In this document: positions 24,433 to 36,052 of the stretch, piece after piece
Layout of the letters: each line of letters begins with the position of its first letter
Numbering within the stretch: position 1 is the first letter of the stretch
DNA from: Octopus bimaculoides
Lineage: Eukaryota
Reading direction: 5' to 3'
Assembly (NCBI RefSeq): GCF_001194135.2
Contig: NC_068994.1
Span: 12,203,930 to 12,267,929, forward strand
Length of the DNA stretch: 64,000 nt
Translations under genes and position numbers: made by a program
The notes under the pieces: generated by a model
Seen by the model: only the letters and a program-made list of their open reading frames with translations
The model's database searches: none
Told to the model about the DNA's origin: nothing

Positions 24433-24675
24433 AAGTTTGTGTGTCTGTGTTTGTCCCCCAACATCGCTTGAGAACCGATGCTGGTGTGTATGTGTCCCCG
24501 TAACTTAGCGGTTCAGCAAAAGAGACCGATAGAATAAGTACTAGGTTTCCAAAGAATAAGTCCTGGGGTCGATTTACTCGACTAAAAAAGGTAGTGCTCC
24601 AGCATGGCCGCAGTCAAATGACTGAAACAAATAAAAGAGTAAAAGAGTATTAACCATTAGCGTTTGTTCCTGTAG

Positions 24676-24829
24676 GAAGGAGATGAAGAACTGGAACCAG
24701 ATGAACTTCCAGAATGGAAAAGAGAAGCACCAGCAGTTGATTTTTCCAAGTATGACTCCGGTAATCCTGAAGAACTTCTCATGATGAGCAAGAAAGGCAA
24801 AACTTTAATGATGTTTGTGTCAGTTTCTG
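24676..24829 (+). CDS. MESD: MESD exon 2
   Basis: ctgtag|GAAGGA...TCTG|gtaagt; EGDEELEPDELPEWKREAPAVDFSK...MSKKGKTLMMFVSVS (hallmark KKGKTLMMFV motif). Only partly covered by the ORF track. Confidence 0.95.
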
Positions 24830-26862
24830 GTAAGTATTCTTTATTTCCTTTTTCCATATTGGATATTGGGCTTTCTTTGGACAGTTCTAGTGGCATACAG
24901 TTTGTTAAGAGGTTGGCAACCTCTCACTCAGCCGTTCTCTATTTTTGGATAACGGGAGACGCTGTGAGCAGTTTCCCAGCAACTCTTCTTGCAGTGCAAA
25001 ATAGTCTGATTTAAACAGAGAGAGAAAAGGAAGAGAGAAAGAGAGAGAAGAATTACCCTTGTATTTTATTTAAAAAACCTCTACAGAATAAAAGGCAAAG
25101 TTGACCTTGGTGGAATTTGAACTTGAAAGTACAGGGAGCTGGAAGAAATACTGCAGGGCATTCTATCTGATTCTGTAACCAATCTACCAATTTACTGTCT
25201 TGCCTGGTAACATATTGCTTTATATTCCTTCTGAAGTTTTCTAGAGGTGACTTCAGAATTAACTATGATGATTTAGGTGTAATTCCTATTAGCAAATGAA
25301 ACACGTGTAATGGTGAACAAATAACAAAAAAAATTTCCTGTTGTGTGTGTGTGTGTAACTATTTTCTTACCTTGACAGTGCACAGTAGCTGTAAATGTGT
25401 GTCATCTTCATACAAGCAGTATCCTGTGGTTACAATCTTTCATGGAAACATGTCTGGTCATGGGGAAATATTACCTAACTTGGAAATAGGTGCAAGTTGC
25501 CAACAACAGGAAGAACATCTTACTATAGTAAAATTAATTCCAGCTAATTCCATTTGACCTCTGCAAGCATGGGAAAGTAGACTTTAAAATGATGATGTTG
25601 TTGTTGTTTCCACCCCTCCCCCTTGTTAATGAGTGAGTCTAACTATGTCTAAGGCAGACACTAGCGCATGTTGCAGTCCTTGGACTTATTGGAGCCTGTG
25701 AAACCGTCCAACCCATGCCAGCATGGGAGATGGATGTTAACCCATTACCTCCCATAATTCTATTAACTGGAATTTTTTAATGAAACTTTGATTTCTAGCA
25801 TAAAACAGCCTTAGAAACACGCTGAAATGATCAAAATAACATTTTAAATAGCAATAAGCGAGATATTGGGTGAAAAATTTGGAAACCTCATTTGAATATC
25901 AGAGAAATATACCTAGTAGATATAGCAAAAAGGTTAGATATACTCTTTTACCCTTTTACTTGTTTCAGTCTTTTGACTGTGGCCATGCTGGAGCACCGCC
26001 TTTAGTCGAGCAAATCGACCCCAGGACTTATTCTTTAGAAGCCTAGTACTTATTCTATCGGGCTCTATTGCCGAACCGCTAAGTTACGGGGACATAAACA
26101 CACCAGCATTGGTTGTCAAGCGATATTGGGGGGACACACAGACACACAAACATATACACACATACATATATATCATCATCATCATCATCATCATCGTTTA
26201 ACGTCCGCTTTCCATGCTAGCATGGGTTGGAGGATTTGACTGAGGACTGGTGAAACCGGATGGCAACACCAGGCTCCAGTCTGATTTGGCAGAGTTTCTA
26301 CAGCTGGATGCCCTTCCTAACGCCAACCACTCAGAGAGTGTAGTGGGTGCTTTTACGGGCTTCTTTCAGTTTCCATCTACCAAATCCACTCACAAGGCTT
26401 TGGTTGGCCCGAGGCTATAGTAGAAGACACTTGCCCAAGATGCCACGCAGTGGGACTGAACCCGGGACAATGTGGTTGGTAAGCAAGCTACTTACCACAC
26501 AGCCACTCCTACGCCTATGTGTAAATATTGACAGATAATTACGAAATTTGTAATTTTTAAGTGATCTCATATGAGATCCCTGGTAGGTAATGGGTTAAGT
26601 GATGACGACAATGATGAAGAGTCAATTTGTTTGACTGAAAAACTCTTTGAGGCAGCACTCCAGCATGACTGCAGTCCAATGACTGAAACAAGTAAAAGAT
26701 AAAAGATATTTTGAGTGACTATATAGAGGCTCCTGCTCTTGCTGGCTTTGTGTTATTGTTGATGTTGTTGCTGGTAGTGTTTATCCTCTCTCTCTAGTTA
26801 GCCTTGAATGTGCAAACCTGTCATCAAAGACATTCCAACCATGACCATCTTCTCACTAACAG

Positions 26863-26944
26863 GTGACCCACCACGGCACGAGACCGAAGAAATTACGTCA
26901 CTCTGGCAGAGCAGTTTATATAACGCAAACATAGATATTACACG
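26863..26944 (+). CDS. MESD: MESD exon 3
   Basis: ctaacag|GTGAC...ACACG|gtgagg; GDPPRHETEEITSLWQSSLYNANIDITR (human ETEEITSLWQGSLFNANYDVQR). Confidence 0.95.
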
Positions 26945-27498
26945 GTGAGGAAACAATCCATTTTCTCTTTGTTGTCATTTGTTTTTAATGTCTTTTAGGT
27001 TTTACTCTTTTTTACTCTTTTTAGTCATTTGACTGCGGCCATGCTGGAGCACCGCCTTTAGTCGAGCAAATCGACCCCAGGACTTATTCTTTGTAAGCCT
27101 AGTACTTATTCTATCGATCTCTTTTGCCGAACTGCTAAGTTATGGGGACGTAAACACACCAGTATCGGTTGTCAAGCGATGTTGGGGAGACAAACACAGA
27201 CACACACACACATATATATATATATATACGACGGGCTTCTTTCAGTTTCCGTCTACCAAATCCACTCACAAGGCTTTCGTCGGCCCGAGGCTATAGTAGA
27301 AGACACTTGCCCAAGGTGCCATGCAGAGGGAATTAACCCAGAACCATATGGTTGGTAAGCAAGCTACTTACCACACAGCCACTCCTGCGCCTCACGTGTA
27401 ACAAAATTATAAATGACCTTGGTTTTCAAGAAGCTCAAGCATGGGTTTTCTAAATCCTTAAATTCTATTATTAAAATATTCATTTTTGTGTATTGCAG

Positions 27499-27640
27499 AT
27501 ATTTAATCAGTGACAACCGAGCAATTTTCATGTTAAAAGATGGCTCAAAAGCATGGGAGATAAAGAACTTCCTTGTCCAGCAGGAACGATGTTTGTCAGT
27601 AACCATAGAGAACCAGGACTTCCCTGGCAAAGGATCACCT
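27499..27640 (+). CDS. MESD: MESD exon 4
   Basis: tattgcag|ATATTTA...TCACCT|gttagt; YLISDNRAIFMLKDGSKAWEIKNFLVQQERCLSVTIENQDFPGKGSP (human DRAIFMLRDGSYAWEIKDFL...YPGKG). Confidence 0.93.
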
Positions 27641-27795
27641 GTTAGTATAACATATTCATTTGTTAATTAATTAAATCTTTAATCAAAATTCGCCAAAACT
27701 TTCAGGTATGATTAAAAAAATAATTTCTCAATATTGAGAAATATCCAATCTAACAATGATTTCTTAGCGGAGTTACAATGTCTTGGTGGTGGGGT

Positions 27796-28022
27796 TTAAC
27801 TCTTTAACATTTAAACTGCCCATATATCCCATCTGCTTCATGTTCAAACAAGCTAGATTCGTCACTTACCCTTACCCTACATCACACTTACCCTACAATG
27901 TTATTCTAAAAATAACAATGACGTTGTTGAAATCTCAAAGCTACAACATAATGCATGATTAACTCGAAACAATGTGAATAAGCATTACAGTTGACAGAGC
28001 AATTTGAATGTGAAAGGGTTAA
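27796..28022. mobile_element. piggyBac-type MITE, same family (MESD intron 4)
   Basis: TTAA|ctctttaacatt...aatgtgaaaggg|TTAA; same core. Partial copies also lie near 540-660, 9940-10100 and 23890-23970. Confidence 0.75.
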
Positions 28023-28397
28023 AAGTATGAAGCAGATGTTGTGCTGTGTATGGGTCCACAAGTGGACTGTGAGTTTTTGAGGGCTTGTTGGGAAAGGCCA
28101 AGTAATTTAGAAAATGTGTTTTTAATGCCATGTACTAGTGCAACTGTATTTCTTTGCAGTGAAATTTATTACTTGTAGCACCCATCTCTGCTTTAAAACA
28201 ATTTTGATACTCATTTTACACACACACATTTATAGTCATCATCATATAATGTGTACCTTCTATGTGGGCATGGGTTGGACTGTGTGATAGGAGCTGGTGA
28301 GCCAAAGGATTGCAGCAAGCACTACTGTCTGCTTTGGCATGGTTTTTTTGGTTCAATTCCCTTCCTATAGCCAACCACTTTACAGAATGTATATATG

Positions 28398-28630
28398 GGC
28401 GGTGAGCCGGTAGAAACGTTAGCACGCCGGGCGAAATGCTTAGCAGTATTTCGTATGCCGTTACGTTCTGAGTTCAAATTCCGCCGAGGTGGACTTTGCC
28501 TTTCATCCTTTCGGGGTCGATAAATTAAGTACCAGTTACGCAATGGGGTCGATGTAATCGACTTAATCCCTTTGTCTGTCCTTGTTTGTCCCCTGTATGT
28601 TTAGCCCCTTGTGGGCAATAAAGAAATAAG
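28398..28630 (+). mobile_element. tRNA-derived SINE family B (ggcggtgagctggcagaa head; gcctttcatcctttcggggtcgataaattaagtacc core), best-preserved copy
   Basis: More than 15 related copies in the window (1440-3435 chain, 17026-17110, 21460-22350 chain, 37453-37629, 38410-38614, 39495-39699, 45960-46430). Confidence 0.85.
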
Positions 28631-29415
28631 AATGTATATGGTGTTCTTTACATGGCACCAGCATGAGTGAGGTCACCAAGTGGCTCACAAGAGGGTTGAG
28701 TAGTATTGAGGGAGGTGGCTTTGTGCTGGGTGATGAGAGGTAAAATTATGATAGAGGGATAAAAACAGGTGTCTTGCAGTAGAGGTGATACATGGCTGCT
28801 CCTGTTGTAAAAGGAGAGAAGTGTTATTGGATGCCATTTAACTTTTTAAAAGTTTACTTATATATATATATATAGCATTTAAAAAGTTATTAGTGTCCAA
28901 TAACACATGTACTTAATCCAGCTATGTAAATTTGATTTGCAATCATGGATCTAAAGTAAGTTGAAGTGGTAGGTACTATATATTAAAAAGGTTGCTGGTT
29001 CAACCATTATCAAAGTCCTTCATGTGTGTGTGTGTGTTTGAGCATCTACTTATGTTTAGTTCTATCTTTATTAAAAATACTTCCTCAAAGTTTAAAAAAC
29101 TGTTATTCTTAATCTATCTGCCTGTTAAACACCCTTTGGCGTCTTTAGAAGAATTCCTCTGTTCCAAGCCCTCACACTAGGTCTCCAGTTTGGAAATAAT
29201 TGCTTTCTTCCTTCATTAAAACTCTCAACCCATAATCTTGGAAGCCCTGAAAAAAATCAAGGGCATTGCCTTTCTGTTTTCTGACTAAATCTTTAAAACA
29301 ATTATTTTTATTGTAATTATAACATTTATTTTATTGTATCTGTAATACATATCTAATGTTTATCAACAAATATCTAATTATCTTTTATATATATATATAT
29401 ATATATTTATAACAG

Positions 29416-29433
29416 AAAAAAACTGAATTATGA
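29416..29433 (+). CDS. MESD: MESD exon 5: 18-nt coding terminal exon KKTEL* (ER-retrieval signal)
   Basis: ataacag|AAA AAA ACT GAA TTA TGA; phase 0 matches exon 4; CTAAT branch-like site at 29374; supplies the KDEL-type C-terminus expected for this family (human MESD ends REDL). Confidence 0.82.
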   Translation, partial: KKTEL

Positions 29434-32099
29434 GGTGGAAAAAGTCTCTAGTGTGGTCCTAAATTTCCTGAAGAAATAGATTACCAAAAAACCAAAGACA
29501 CAATGAAGAATCTTGAAGAATCTCTTTTCATCCCGACTAAGACGTATATATATATATATATAATATATATATATATAATATATATATATATATATCAATC
29601 AATCAAATGTATGTGCGTATTTTAAAAGGAATAATGATATAAAAAAATAATGGTTTTTTTACAATGAGTCTCCATCATTTATCATCATCATCATCTCCAA
29701 CATCAATGACTTTATAACCGTGACATCTAAATTGGTCTTTTAAACACAGACAGGATTAACTTTCCTCATTCTCTTCCTTTCTTTCCAGTCCCATTGCTCT
29801 GTAAGATATTGAACCCTTTATATCATAAATAAAAATATTAACTAAATGTTTCTATATTTTTATTATATAATATACTGGTTGTGTGGCTGAGAAGCTGGTT
29901 CCCAACCATGTAGTCTTTGGTTCAGTCCCACTGTGCAGCAGGACAAGTGCTTTCTATAGTACTTTGGGCAAATGTTTCCTATAGTACCCCTCTCAAGAAC
30001 TTGATTTGTTGCTACTCGAATCAGTTACCAACCACGTTTGGGCAGAGGTGTGACTGTTTGGTTAGGAAACTTGCTTCCTAGCCATATGGTCTCAGGTTCA
30101 ATCCCACTGGGTGGTAACTTGGGTGTCTTCTACTATAGCCCTGAGCCAACTAAAGCCTTGTGCGTTGATTCGGAAGCTAGAAGAAGCCCATTCTGTATTT
30201 GTGTGTACCCATGTCTTGACATGTGATGATTGTAAACAAATGTTACCATCGTATAAACAATGTTGTTCATTTTCAGTCTTCTGTGGAAAACATTTTCTGA
30301 CCTTATGGAGAAAGGTGAGGGTTAGTGACAGGAAGGACATCCAACTGTAGAAAAATTTGCTTCAACAAATTTCATCTGTCCCAAGCAAGTATGGAAAGTG
30401 GATGTTAAATGATGATGATGATGAAGAAGCTTTGCAGAGTGTACCGAGTGCTTTTTGGGGTACCACATCACTTATTGTTTGTTGACAAAGATACTCCATC
30501 TTCCCTCGTGATTAGTTTGGTATGTGGTTGTGAGAAGAGGAATCTAGTTTTCAGGACTGGCCCCTTCGCCTCAGAGATGTCTACAGACCGTCGACCAAAT
30601 TGCAAGTACCTTGTTTTTTCTACCCGATCGCTCTAAGGTCTGAAGTAACAATCACTGATGANNNNNNNNNNNNNNNNNNNNNNNNNNNNNNNNNNNNNNN
30701 NNNNNNNNNNNNNNNNNNNNNNNNNNNNNNNNNNNNNNNNNNNNNNNNNNNNNNNNNNNNNNNNNNNNNNNNNNNNNNNNNNNNNNNNNNNNNNNNNNNN
30801 NNNNNNNNNNNNNNNNNNNNNNNNNNNNNNNNNNNNNNNNNNNNNNNNNNNNNNNNNNNNNNNNNNNNNNNNNNNNNNNNNNNNNNNNNNNNNNNNNNNN
30901 NNNNNNNNNNNNNNNNNNNNNNNNNNNNNNNNNNNNNNNNNNNNNNNNNNNNNNNNNNNNNNNNNNNNNNNNNNNNNNNNNNNNNNNNNNNNNNNNNNNN
31001 NNNNNNNNNNNNNNNNNNNNNNNNNNNNNNNNNNNNNNNNNNNNNNNNNNNNNNNNNNNNNNNNNNNNNNNNNNNNNNNNNNNNNNNNNNNNNNNNNNNN
31101 NNNNNNNNNNNNNNNNNNNNNNNNNNNNNNNNNNNNNNNNNNNNNNNNNNNNNNNNNNNNNNNNNNNNNNNNNNNNNNNNNNNNNNNNNNNNNNNNNNNN
31201 NNNNNNNNNNNNNNNNNNNNNNNNNNNNNNNNNNNNNNNNNNNNNNNNNNNNNNNNNNNNNNNNNNNNNNNNNNNNNNNNNNNNNNNNNNNNNNNNNNNN
31301 NNNNNNNNNNNNNNNNNNNNNNNNNNNNNNNNNNNNNNNNNNNNNNNNNNNNNNNNNNNNNNNNNNNNNNNNNNNNNNNNNNNNNNNNNNNNNNNNNNNN
31401 GGCACAACAGAAACAGGAAGTAAGAGAGAGAGAGAAAGTTGTGGTGGAAGAGTACAGCAGGGTTCGCCACCATCCCCTGCCGGAGCCTCGTGGGGCTTTA
31501 GGTGTTTTCGCTCAATAAACACTCACAACGCCTGGTCTGGGAATCGAAACTACGATCCTATGACCGCGAGTCTGCTGCCCTAACCACTGGGCCATTGTGC
31601 CTCCACCCAGGTGATGTAGTGTAAGCAAAAAGGGACACACCTTATTTTTCCTCAGTGTCATCCAAAATACACTACATCTGAAAAAAACAAGGGTGAAGTG
31701 GTCACAACTGGAATGACTGTGATCATGACACTAAACAACAGCAACAGGAAGAACACATTAAATAATATAGTCTTAGGTAGACGATGTTTGAAAAAAAAAA
31801 TTAAGATGGGGTGGTCACAGCTGGAGTATATTTGGTCAGGAATGACTAACTTTATTAAAAAAATAAATTTTTAAAGTGATTCAAATTCAATAGGGTCGCC
31901 ATGCTGGTCCCTTCTCAGGTGCAACAGAGAAAAACAATATAACAAAGATCAATACCAGGGATATAACAAGATTCAACTGAAACATCACTTCCACAGTGTT
32001 ATTACATTATAATAAAACAATAATCTACATTTACTCCTATCACCACATTTACAATATGGTCATAATTCTTAATGAAAATGAGATCAAATGCTGTTATTG

Positions 32100-32440
32100 T
32101 TTTTTCACTATTAATTTTGTTTTTATTTCTTTCATTCATTATTTCTTTCTTTATTTTTCTTTCATCCTTCCAAATTTTCTTTATCATTTTTCTTTATTTC
32201 ATTATCATTTTTTCTTTCAATCTTCCAAATTTTCTTTATCACTTTTCTTTATTTCTTTATCATTTTCTTTCATTCTTCCAAATTTTTCTCTATCATTTTT
32301 CTTTATTTCATTATCATTTTTTCTTTCATTCTTCCAAATTTTTCTTTATTTCATTATCATTTTTTCTTTCAATCTTCCAAATTTTCTTTATTTTTCTTTA
32401 TTTCTTTATCATTTCTTCTTTCTTTTTTACTTCAATTTCT
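32100..32440. repeat. Degenerate ~50-60 bp tandem repeat just 3' of the LACTB exon 7b stop
   Basis: About 5 units of ttttctttcaatcttccaaatttttctttatcatttttctttatttcattatca; many AATAAA on the minus (sense) strand. Confidence 0.8.
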
Positions 32441-32485
32441 CTTTCGTTGTCTTTCGTCCAGTCAGTCAGTAACAACACCAAACTC

Positions 32486-33038
32486 CTATACCCGATCAAA
32501 CAGATCAGCTACAGACAAGGCCAATTTACGTAGACTAATATCACCAATATTGCAGATGGCAGTCACAACCACTCCTTTGGGAGGATTAGCCTCTGGCTGC
32601 AATGAATCTCGAGGTAACATAAGCAAAATGCTACTAGCACCAACAGCATTCCCAGTATGGAAAGCATAGAAACGGTTCTTCAAGCAATAAGCATGCTCAT
32701 GTTTGAAAGGAATTAGCTCCCACCCAAGTCCATAGTAAATATCATTAGCTTCAGAGACTTTGGCCCCTTCAACAGGTTTCCACAGATCCAACATTGTTTT
32801 GCGCTTTAGATAGCCCTTCAACCTGGCTTCATTGTTGTTCTCTTTGTTTTGCATACCTTGTCCTGTTTTTGTACTCAAAGGTGATACATTATCATCAAAT
32901 TGGAAGCTGTACAGCATTGCATTTCCAAATTTTATCAAGTCCTCAGCAGTTGAAAGGAATCCACCACCAGCCCACTTGTAAGAATTGTCAACGTAGGGAG
33001 CATTAACCACTTGTCCATTCTTTGAAACACTGTAGAAC
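32486..33038 (-). CDS. LACTB: LACTB terminal exon, distal duplicate 7b (gives 571 aa); intact
   Basis: ttcctctcag|GTTCTAC...GTATAG; FYSVSKNGQVVNAPYVDNSYKWAGGGFLST...HTGNAVGASSILL...DLFDRV*; same phase, no stops or frameshifts. Confidence 0.85.
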
Positions 33039-33084
33039 CTGAGAGGAATACATAAATAAACACAGGTATAAAGCAGGATTGATT

Positions 33085-33370
33085 GATTGATTGATGATTG
33101 ACAGATAGATGATTGGCTGGATAGATAGCAAGAAAGATAGAAAGGTAATAAATAGATAGATGGAGAGTTAGACAGACATATGGATAAAGAGTCAGACAAG
33201 TAAATAGATATAGACAGATAGATAGGGAGATGGAAAGATAAGTAGATAGATGGGGAAATAGATAAACAAGAGATGGAGAGAAAGACAGACTGAAATAGAC
33301 AAACAGAAAGATGTAGAGATAGACAGATTGATGATGGATAGATACTCAGACAGACAGACAGATAAGTAGT
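33085..33370. repeat. Degenerate (GATA/GACA)n satellite upstream of exon 7b
   Basis: Directly visible tetranucleotide mosaic. Confidence 0.85.
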
Positions 33371-33682
33371 GGTACATGGTAGATGCTGTCATAGCACTGA
33401 AACTCATATCCTGCCATAACTATAAACATACAAACTTTAAGCTATTTCTAAATATAAAGCAACTTCAGTCTGACTTTATTGTTGAATTTGTATTTGTATA
33501 ATTAGAGTTGGAGAAAAAGAAAAAGAAAATTGATACACTAAGAACAGAATTACTATAAACAATATTAACCATCTTTCATATGTGTGTGTGTTGCCTGATA
33601 TGCACAGAATATATTCTAATAAGAAGGCAGGAAGTTGACAAATAGAAGGAAAGATTGATAGATAAACTATTGAAAGAATGCT

Positions 33683-33754
<72 letters not shown>

Positions 33755-34143
33755 GAGTTAGGGGTTGGGGGTTCAACCCACTAAGGGATAGTATCTTTCA
33801 ACGGGATACACCGTCTACAAGTAGTTGGGTTCAGCATATTATCCTCCATTTTCTAATTGTTACACATATATATGTGTGTGTGTTTGTGTGTGTGTGTGCA
33901 CATATATATATATATATATACAGATATATATGAGAACAGAATAAAACAGGAAGTTTAGCTTATCTTTTTATTATAACATCATAAATTACAGAATCTTTAT
34001 ACGTGCTAGTGTGTTGTGTAGAAATTGGATAATGAACTTGAAACGCCAGATTTTCAGAAGAAAATGGTAATTTAATCCATTGTTAATTACCACCATAATT
34101 GATATGCAGTGCCAAAAGATATATATATATATATAGGTGCCTG

Positions 34144-34220
<77 letters not shown>

Positions 34221-34369
34221 CTATATATATATATCACTGTATAGTAAGAAGTTTGCTTTCCAACCACATGGTTCCAGGTTCAGCACCTTGGGCATGTATC
34301 TTCTACTATAGCCTCAGGTTGACCAAAGTCTTGTGAGTGGACCTGGTAGATAGAAACTGAAAGTAGGCC

Positions 34370-34408
<39 letters not shown>

Positions 34409-34415
34409 ACATACA

Positions 34416-34717
34416 CAGGGCGACCCCCAAAAAATCAGAACCCATAAAATTTTTATTAAATCCTACAAAGGTCCAGCTAATTTCTTCAAATTTGCTGGAC
34501 TTGAACTTTGGTCTGTGTACGGTCATTCCCTTTGCTTAAAAGTCATGTTCTTTTCAAAATATACTCCAAATGGCATACATTGCACAAAATTGTCAATTAC
34601 TCGAACACATTCCTCTTTGGGGATTTCCTTGATTTCTGCTGTGATTGTTGTCTTCAGTTCACCAATCGTTTGAGGTTTGTTCTGGTAAACATTATCCTTG
34701 AGATACCCCCCCCCCCC
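34416..34717 (-). mobile_element. Tc1/mariner-superfamily 3' fragment (rosa/maT-like C-terminus), cut by an assembly gap
   Basis: Minus-strand YLKDNVYQNKPQTIGELKTTITAEIKEIPKEECVRVIDNF; terminus cagggcgacccccaaaaaatcagaaccc next to TA repeats. Confidence 0.7.
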
Positions 34718-35042
34718 NNNNNNNNNNNNNNNNNNNNNNNNNNNNNNNNNNNNNNNNNNNNNNNNNNNNNNNNNNNNNNNNNNNNNNNNNNNNNNNNNNN
34801 NNNNNNNNNNNNNNNNNNNNNNNNNNNNNNNNNNNNNNNNNNNNNNNNNNNNNNNNNNNNNNNNNNNNNNNNNNNNNNNNNNNNNNNNNNNNNNNNNNNN
34901 NNNNNNNNNNNNNNNNNNNNNNNNNNNNNNNNNNNNNNNNNNNNNNNNNNNNNNNNNNNNNNNNNNNNNNNNNNNNNNNNNNNNNNNNNNNNNNNNNNNN
35001 NNNNNNNNNNNNNNNNNNNNNNNNNNNNNNNNNNNNNNNNNN
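34718..35042. other. Assembly gap between the two LACTB terminal exons (one of 13 N-runs)
   Basis: Other gaps: 5256-5486, 6089-6840, 15249-15258, 24211-24341, 30662-31400, 41954-42066, 44697-44705, 47362-47371, 48474-48650, 53737-54352, 56998-57260, 63288-63903. Confidence 0.99.
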
Positions 35043-35349
35043 GGGGTCACCCTGTGTGTGTGTGTCTGTGTTTGGGTCTGTTCCCCATCATTGCATGGCA
35101 ACCAGTGTTGGTGTGTTTATATCCCCTTAACTTAGCAATTCAGCAAAAAAGACTAATAGAATAAGTATCAGGCTGTTTTTTTAAATTTCTTTCTTTCAGC
35201 CTTTCGTTCATTATTTCTTTCTTACTGTTATTTACTTTTTCATTCGTTTAGATTTTCTTTCTTTCCTTCAAGTTTACTTTGTTTCTTCCAAATTTTCTTC
35301 TTGACTTCGATTTTCCTTTCATTAGTCTTTCAGTAACAACACCAAACTC

Positions 35350-35926
35350 CTATACCCGATCAAACAGATCAGCTACAGACAAGGCTAATTCACGTAAACT
35401 AATATCACCAATATTGCAGATGGCAGTCACTACCACTCCTTTGGGAGGATTAGCCTCTGACTGCAATGAATCTCGAGGTAACATAAGCAAAATACTACTA
35501 GAACCAATAGCACTCCCAGTATGGAAAGCATAGAAACGGTTCTTCAAGCAATAAGCATGATCATGCTTGAAAGGAATAATTTTCCAACCAAGGCCATAAT
35601 AAATATCAGTGGCCTTAGAAGTGTTGGTCCCTTCGACAGGTTTCCACAGATCCAACATTGTTTTGCGCTTCAGATAGCCCTTCAACCTGGCTTCATTGCT
35701 GTTCTTGTAAATGAAGTCTTTGTTTTGTGCACCTTGTCCTTCTGTTTTTGTATTCAGAGGAGATGTGCTATCACCAGAGTCATCAAACTGGAAGCTGTAC
35801 AGCATGGCATTTCCAAATTTTATCAAGTCCTCAGCAGTTGAAAGGAATCCACCACCAGCCCACTTGTAAGAATTATCAACGTAGGGAGCATTAACCACTT
35901 GTCCATTCTTTGAAATACTGTAGAAC
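35350..35926 (-). CDS. LACTB: LACTB terminal exon, proximal copy 7a (gives 579 aa)
   Basis: ttctgtcag|GTTCTAC...GTATAG; FYSISKNGQVVNAPYVDNSYKWAGGGFLSTAEDLIKFGNAML...HTGSAIGSSSILL...PPKGVVV...DLFDRV*; phase 2 matches exon 6. Confidence 0.93.
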
Positions 35927-36052
35927 CTGACAGAAATACATAAATAAACACAAGTATAAAGCAGGATTGATATAATAGATAGATAGAAGGGTAGGTTAAG
36001 AAGTGGTGGCTGTCACAGAGTGTGCTAATTGCTGAAACTACAACACTGGTAT

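Noticed and set aside
30420-30661. GC-richer segment before the 30662 gap as a LINE or coding fragment
   Set aside because: Stops in the frames examined and no recognisable motif; truncated by the gap and left unassigned.
33039-33199. ORF-track extension making exon 7b a stand-alone 237-aa gene (MSDSLSICLS...)
   Set aside because: The upstream part is translated (TCTA/TCTG)n satellite, similarity starts exactly at the splice acceptor, and the product would lack SxxK.
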